Origin: Antedon mediterranea
Lineage: Eukaryota > Animalia > Echinodermata
NCBI RefSeq assembly: GCF_964355755.1
Contig: NC_092675.1
Location: 20,122,912-20,186,911 of the forward strand
DNA length: 64,000 nucleotides
Reading direction: 5' to 3'
The translations under genes were made by a program, and so were the position numbers. Under the pieces are notes generated by a model. It was given only the letters and a program-made list of their open reading frames with translations, was not told where the DNA came from and ran no database searches. Positions 47,068 through 64,000 of the stretch are shown here, piece by piece (position 1 is the stretch's first letter; every line of letters begins with the position of its first letter).

Positions 47068-50000
47068 TTATGCAACACTATATTCCATTGATATTCTCTG
47101 CACGGGTGATTTAAAGGTCCTTTCATAACCACCATTTTCTTTCTTCCAGACCTGATGACCTCTCTGGTCAACTTCTCCAAATTGGTAACCACTCGCACCT
47201 AGATTTATTGCAGGACACATTTCTCGTGCCTTTGGCAAATACTCTGCATTGTACATTGTACGGTCGTCAAACGGGTCTGAACTGACATGAGCGGTTCTGT
47301 CTGGTCCTGCAGCTTTAAGTGCAGAAACCTTTTTAGGTATATAGTGGCTCTGATAATTGGTTGACCCTTCAAATGGCACATTTGGCCTTTCGTAAGCCTT
47401 TTGATTCGGATTGCCTCGCCTTTCTCGTTTTGGATCCCACTTTAAGAAATCCTGTTTATAGCTTGTGCGTCCATCAAATGGAACATCATTTGTTTGAGCG
47501 CGTTGCGTTGGTTTCCATAATTTTCGTTCTTGGAGAGCGTGAGCAGGGAATGCAATTTTAGACGTAGTGTTGAGATCCATATTGCCTGCTGGCCGCACGT
47601 ACCCATCGGGGACCTTTACGTGTGGGGGTGTTACGTCCCATTTCTTAAAATCCTGCTTGAAGGTTGTGTTATCGTCGAATGGTTGATCCGATTTTATCGG
47701 CGTCATATCTGGTTTAAAACTATTTACGACTGAAACATATTTGCCCGGATAATCACGACGGAAAGTTGTCATATCATCAAATTTGTTTGGATTCTTTGCA
47801 TACAGCTGTTTTGGTCGTACGTACTTAGGTTGGGCAGGATAGGCAACATAAGCGGACTTATGCATGGTATTGTCATCAAACGGTTGATCCGATGTACGTG
47901 ACTGTTCAACAGGTTTCATACTACGTGCCATCTCCGCTCTCTTAGGTTGAAAATCACGCGTAAAAGTTGAGGAGCCCTCAAATGGTGCACTTGGTGGGAC
48001 ATATATAGCCAGACCTCTGTCATTCTCTCGTTTTGGTAGTTTCCATCTGCGATAATCATCTAAAAAAGACGTAACCATTTATTTAATTTTAAAAATATGT
48101 TTATAATTTAAGCATATACACAATCATCATTACAACCATTGACCATAATGGCTAATGCTATGTGTGCACAAAGTAATTAATATTAACAATTATCTATTTC
48201 TAAAAAAACAGCTTTTTGAAAAAAAAGCAATCTATTTGACATACTGTCCTTAGTAAGTGTTGTTAGTTAGTGTTAGTTCATGTTAGTGTCAGTTAATGTT
48301 AGAACTGAAGCTGTACCTGTATATGTAGGTGTTCCTTTGAACTCGCCAGCTGGAGCCATCTTATGATCAGTGGCTTTAAAGCTCTTTGGCATCTCTGATC
48401 TCTTGGCAGGGTAATCTTTTGTATATGATGTCAAAGTATCTATATCACCAGGAATCGGTTGGTAAGCATCAGGAACATGCATCATGGGTTTTTCTGCTTG
48501 ATGTGGTATGAAATCGGATCTGAAAAAAAAAGATACAAAGATGATAAAAATGTGATGATAAACATTGATCGTTATAAGGTATCAGTAATCAATAAATCAT
48601 CTGACATAAAGATACCCAGATACATCAGATCAGACATGTATTAGGTAATTCTTTAATGATTAAATAATCGCACTGGAAAGGAAATTCAACATCATGGAAT
48701 TGGGCTTACTGTATTATATGGATTGGATTATAAGGAGTCGGGATCATACCTAGAGCAGTATATTTAAAAACAAGATTTCAAGACCAAACACAATGTACAT
48801 ATTTCTAAATGAATAGAAATGTTTAGTTTTTGTTCTGCCCAGACAGATAACCCAAAGCTTGTATTGTGTTTCATGTGTTACTATTCTGTACATACTCTGA
48901 CCTATACAGTATACTTACTTATGAGTTGTTGAATCAGCCATTGGCTCGCCACCCTGCATCACTTCTTGTTTTGGCTTAAAATTGTCTCTTCTACCAGTAA
49001 CATTATAAGCCTTGTACTTGTTATTGTATTCAGATATTTCACATGGTCCAAAAGTTTTAGGTGCTTTCGGTTGGTGAGGACATCTATGCCGCCTAAAAAG
49101 GAATTTATAAAAATAAAATAATTATCAAATAATACTGTACAGTACTACACATTATTTGCATTAAATGAAATAAGAAAGGCGTTATATACTATACACAATC
49201 TACTATGCATGCACATCAAAAGGGATAGAGCTTATTACATAATGAGATGTGCAAAGTAAATGGCTGTTCATTAACCTTTACTAAAATACTACTAATTTCT
49301 GTCCTTTGTCAGTAAGAGCCACTCAAGACATAATAGCTGTGAATGTCCTGTGATATTATTATTGTCAATGTAACAGACGACTAATTATTTGCTATAAATA
49401 CTGGACACTCTCTAATTTTGTAAATCTTCTTTCAAAATGTATTCTGAAAGGAAATTTTGGCCCAGTCTAATTCTAACAGAGAATGTACTTGTCGAATGAC
49501 TATATTGATAATAATAATACAGTATTATACTAATATTTGTATAAGGCAGAGGTAATAAAATGTCTTAAAATGTCATCTACAGTACAACAACAAAGTTTAT
49601 TATCTTTAAAAATAATGTCTTAACCCTTACTGCAGTTGCCATGTCAACCACTAAACAATATAAAGTAGATCAATTTTTTGGTCATAATATTAACAATGTG
49701 ATGACGGTCGGAAATTACAGTTACAATACTGTATACTATATATTTAATGCTCCAATGCCTCAGTACAATACAGTACGAGAGATTTTGGTAAATCATTTAC
49801 ACACTGCATAAATTTTCTGTCAATTATGGCTAATTTATATTTTAAACATTAAAATTCATGTTTCTATAGCAATGTATTAGTTTATTCGGTATCGATGGTT
49901 ACTAAAAATATCCTTTTTAAATGATGTTTGCTTTTTAACAAATAACCTGATGCGTGAAAAACACTGGTAGATTTTCTATACAGGTGAAATGCAGAAATTC

Positions 50001-51882
50001 AACTTTATAACTAAATACTTATGTTTTTCAGTCAACTCTCACTATCCTGAACACCTTTGGACTGGCCTAATATACAGTACTTTCTGATATTCCAATTTGT
50101 TTTTAATGGTAATTTCAAAAATCAAGGAAAGTCTATTTTGAGAGAATTTTCAGAGGTCGTCTTTATAAATTTTAAATATTTTACCAGAATGGTTCAAAAA
50201 GTCAAAAAGGGAGGATAATAAAAAATGTTTTAAATATAAATACTTTAAATCGCAACATGAAAAAATAATTAGAAATAAAAATTGACTACTACATTTTTTA
50301 TTATCCTCCCTTTTTGACTTGTTGAACCATTCTGGTAAAATATTTAAAATGTAACTACTGTGATTGAGACATCAAAACGACAGTAGTATCAGTTACACAG
50401 TGTTGTTGATGCGAGTCCACAATTTGAAACAAAATATTGCCCAAAAACCATTTGTGAACATAGCATGAAAGTAATTTGAGTCTTTGACCATTCTGTGGTC
50501 ACTATGACACAGTTACTATACTGCGTCCTGTTTAAAACTAAATTTACACTGGCACTATTGTCACAGAGAATTAAGTAAACATTGACAATGAGTAACTATG
50601 TACGTAGACTGGTAATACCTCGTAAATGGATACAGTACCGGTATTTGTTTGCTTGAAACAGAATGGGAATAGCGAAACAAGACCTTGAAAGCTTATGTGT
50701 ACGAATATTAATAAGAAATAAATATTAACACAGATAATATCCAATACTAAAAAAAATTCAAGTTCACTTAAGCACGTATCTTTAAAGATGTATTGTCCCT
50801 TTGAAAAATTCCAAACAAAATAAAAAAATGAATATTTTGAAAAAAAGTGAGTCATTTTGAAGTACTGTATCATAATAGTTATTAACTTTCACCAAAAAAT
50901 TTGTTCAAAAAATAACTTTGACTTCCAGTCAAATTTTTCAATCAAAACATATCTCATAAAGCAATCCGCTTATTTGGCTACTCTGTATGCATAATCATAA
51001 AACTTCCTCGCGATCTATGTGAAAACACCTTCTCAATTGTGACGAGTTGTAAACAATCCTAATTAGCATCATGCATAATGCATACTCGTGGTTTGAAATC
51101 TTTGTTTACTTTTCGTTACTTTCGACGATTTTCCAGAAGAAATGTAATCAAATTAATTTACCTGTTAATTACATAAACTTGTTGTTTTTAACTTTAATAT
51201 TACTTTGATATATGGCCAATTTAAATTTAGAATATTTTGACCTTCATTTTTTTTTTTCAAGGAACAGTACATCTTTAATCACCCCAACTCATTTATTATC
51301 TTGCAGTTATCTATTTTCAATTCACCAAACATTCGTACCCAGATGATCCCCCCAACCAAATAATAATATTATTTAATCTCGATATACAGAAATTAAGGAA
51401 GCGGGACATAAGCTGAAGCTAATACCATCAAAGCAAGTAGGGCCTATCTGAAAAAAAGAATGGTTAAAATATAATATCACTGCTCATCTTAAAGGAAGAT
51501 GAGCAGTGCAAAACTCTTCTTTAAACCTGTGACTCTTCTGGAGATTACTATAAAATCCACAAACCTCCATATTGCATCTCAACCACCAGCAGCAAGCTAC
51601 TAAATAAAACATAAATTATAAGAAGATAGGTATAGCCTATAGTAGGCTAAAGTATAGGCCTAGACTATGCCCTAAGCAAAGTAAAGCTTTGCTGCTGTTG
51701 TGTATTGTTTCATTCAGAGTTGGTTACATGTGTTGATGCCCAGGCCTAAACAATTAATGTGGTGGTTTAATACAGTAACACACTAGGGCCTACATCGGCT
51801 AGTAGGATGTCATAGTAGCCTACTAGCTAGGCCTAGTTACTTACCCACAAGTGCATATTTCACAAATACACTGTCGCCCCAT
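47068..51882 (-). CDS. SAXO1: Stabilizer of axonemal microtubules (SAXO1/2, FAM154 family), 468 aa
   Basis: Exons 51882-51845, 49092-48919, 48519-48317 and 48059-47068, phases consistent (1407 nt). N-terminal MGRQCICEICTCGRHRCPH motif and repeated Mn motifs (PFEGSSTFTRDF, PFDDNTTFKQDF, PFDGRTSYKQDF). SAXO1 versus SAXO2 orthology is not resolvable here. Confidence 0.93.
49635..49648. promoter_or_regulatory. RFX X-box-like site in SAXO intron 1
   Basis: GTTGCCATGTCAAC, one mismatch from the palindrome GTTGCCATGGCAAC; a second site GTTTCTATAGCAAT lies at 49860-49873. Confidence 0.5.
50169..50350. repeat. Inverted repeat: 60-bp arms (59/60 match), 62-bp spacer
   Basis: 50169-50228 is the reverse complement of 50291-50350 except for one base. 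Confidence 0.9.
50786..51274. mobile_element. Kolobok-like non-autonomous element, inverted copy of 1106-1654
   Basis: Same termini, TTAA at 50782-50785 and 51275-51278, interior is the reverse complement of the first copy. Confidence 0.85.
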
Positions 51883-53281
51883 CTTGGTTGCTTTTTAATT
51901 CCTACAGAACACAGCTTTCTTGGTAAAATAATTGGATTACGATACAACTTTTTATTGTTCACAAATTAGTCAGTTGATCACAGTAAACTAAATTCATGGA
52001 GAGAGAATCTACACCACACACACACACACACAACAGTTTGTTGCTGTGCGTTTGGTTGGCAAGACAACAACAATATCAATATGTATAAGGTAGGCGTTGC
52101 TATTGGTTTATTTAACCAATCAATTATCGCGACGATACGCGACACCATTCCTGGTAATTAAGATGAAGGTATGGCACTCAATTTGGTGTCTGTAGAAAAC
52201 TATACTATAAAAAACTATTTTTTAAACAACTATAACATTATTTTTATTTAAAAAACACCAATCTAATACAATAAATTGTATGTGTGATATTAACATGTGT
52301 TTTGTTTACTAACTAGGCCTTTATAAGCATATTATAGTAATGTACTGCTAACTGTAAATAAAGACAGGGCAGGCCTTTCATAAATTATGTGTTCATGATT
52401 GTGAAATATTTTTGTTTCACACACACAACATGTGTTGGGAGATTTATTTTATTATTAGGGGCCTATAGTCTAGCCTTTATTACAAATCTAAGACATATGT
52501 AGGTCTGTGTATGTTTTAGATTCTGACAACGGAAAACTAAATAGAGTACGTAAGACTGGGAGATACTGTAATTTCGAATAATAAGGCTAGGCCTGGGACT
52601 AGGCCTAAGGCCTACTAGGTAGGTAGCCTCCTACGCGACCCATACTAGCTAGACTAGCCTCTCTCTAGGACTCTGACTATAGGCTAGGTAGGGTTAGGCC
52701 TAGCCTAGTAGTAGGAGGTAGGCCTAACCATATGGAGGAGGTATAACCATGCATGGCCTACTAGCTAGCTAGTAGTAGTATAGCTACTCTAACTCTATTA
52801 GGTGTGACTGGTTTCACCGATCGATGTTGGGAAATTTGGCAAACTTTTTTAGACAAAACATTTTCAAAAACTTTTTGTAATTCATGCATTCGCCAGCAGA
52901 AGAGTGTAGGCCTACATCATTCGCATGGCAAAAATATCGTTTTCAGTATTTTTTATCGTTATGGATTTTTTTTTTTAGTTAATAATTTAAGAGAGATTAT
53001 TTAGAGGGTTAGGTTTTTAATATTTTAAGAACGAGTTTTAATATTTAGGAACAAGTTTTATATTTAGGTACGAGTTTCCGTACCTTTAGTTTTTAGAAGT
53101 ATGGACACGGTACCATATCTTTAGCCACAGCGATTTTTTATCCGGACCGATTTCATCGACATCCCGTCCCTAGTTACAACAGGTATGGTAGGTAGTACAG
53201 TACAATGTGAATTGTATTTCAAAGTTAGAGCCTATTGTTATTACAAGAAATGAATTGTTCTTTTTAAACTCTATATTTAGG
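51883..53281. promoter_or_regulatory. Divergent (bidirectional) promoter region shared by SAXO and EFL1
   Basis: Start codons 1.4 kb apart head-to-head; ATTGG/CCAAT boxes at ~52102-52120; X-box-like GTTGGCAAGACAAC at 52055-52068; an acceptor AG just before the EFL1 ATG implies an upstream non-coding exon. Confidence 0.55.
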
Positions 53282-63004
<9,723 letters not shown>

Positions 63005-64000
63005 GTAAGAACCTGCTATATAAACATATTTTAGAGCTTTATACTACAATATCCTTTTGTTTTGTTTTTATATATTTATGCAAATTGCCAAGGATAACCA
63101 TAAGGGAATTCATTCACTATATTTCTTAAAGGTGACAATCCTGTTCACAAGACAAACATATACACAAGATGCTCTATATAAACAAAGTCATATAAACAAA
63201 GTCTTTGGGAGTAAAGTTGTAAATTGTCATTAGAAAAAAATCCTGACATATGACAGGACTTGAACCCAGGACCCTTGGATTGGTAGCCAAACATCATAAC
63301 CACCACACCACAACTCCACTCCTTGAGAAGGATAATAGAAGGGATTTATTTATTATAGTTGGAACATTATAAGGAACTTAAAGGGTACATTATAAATGAT
63401 CCTTGTAGAGGGAATTTCTGGGGACATCCCTAGATAACTCTCATCATTAATCATTGTGTTCATGCATGGTCATGATTTAGCTGGGTCTTGAGGTTGTAGT
63501 TGACTCTGTAAATTGTCAGGGTACATACTTGTCATTTGGGACATTGTGTGGCCTTTCAGATATGATCGCAGGCCTATTTTATCAGAATTCTTTTCAAATC
63601 ATACTACATTTGCGCAACAATTTTTTTTTACATTAAAATTATTATCTGATAACGTTTGGTTTTTGTCAACAGCTGACTTGGACGTGCAAATTGAAAATGA
63701 CTAATCTACCTATCTATATAAATGTTAAATTATTATTTACAAGAAAGAAAAAAATTAAGTTATTTTCAAGTTAATAGATTGAATGATGCATTTTGTTGTG
63801 TTTTTTTGCTCAAAATTCATGCACATCATTTCTGAATCTTAATATGTACTTTCTAGAAAATATTAAATTTAATAATGTGAATCTGTTCTCCTGAGAGATG
63901 AGTATGTGATTGATAGGCAAGTGTTCATATGAATCACTAATAATGAAAAGACGTGTGTATTCATGATGTACTATTATACTGTAGTTAACTCTCTTAAGCT

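Overview
AT-rich, intron-rich animal genomic DNA (invertebrate; the exact taxon cannot be fixed from sequence alone). I reconstructed three protein-coding genes by hand from GT-AG exons with consistent phases. (1) A complete, divergent laminin alpha chain of alpha3/5-type architecture (+, 3077-44842, 47 core exons, about 3076 aa, plus two candidate micro-exons). (2) A complete SAXO/FAM154 axonemal microtubule stabiliser (-, 51882-47068, 4 exons, 468 aa). (3) The 5' part of the ribosome-maturation GTPase EFL1 (+, from 53282, 14 coding exons, running off the window), head-to-head with SAXO. Introns and intergenic DNA hold many transposon remnants (a decayed LINE; Kolobok-, P-, Harbinger- and Tc1-like MITEs; a Helentron-type element with a triplicated 3' end; tRNA- and 5S-derived SINEs) and minisatellites. 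Most notable: the laminin has lost the PLENGE polymerisation patch, has a shortened short arm and a strongly acidic coiled coil, and carries two frame-preserving candidate micro-exons in LG1; EFL1 has a clear U12-type intron; a minimal hammerhead ribozyme with a U3-A8 core lies antisense in laminin intron 1; and a 5S-rRNA-headed SINE-like element lies between the laminin and SAXO genes. All family calls come from recalled motifs, with no database searches, and repeat boundaries are approximate.
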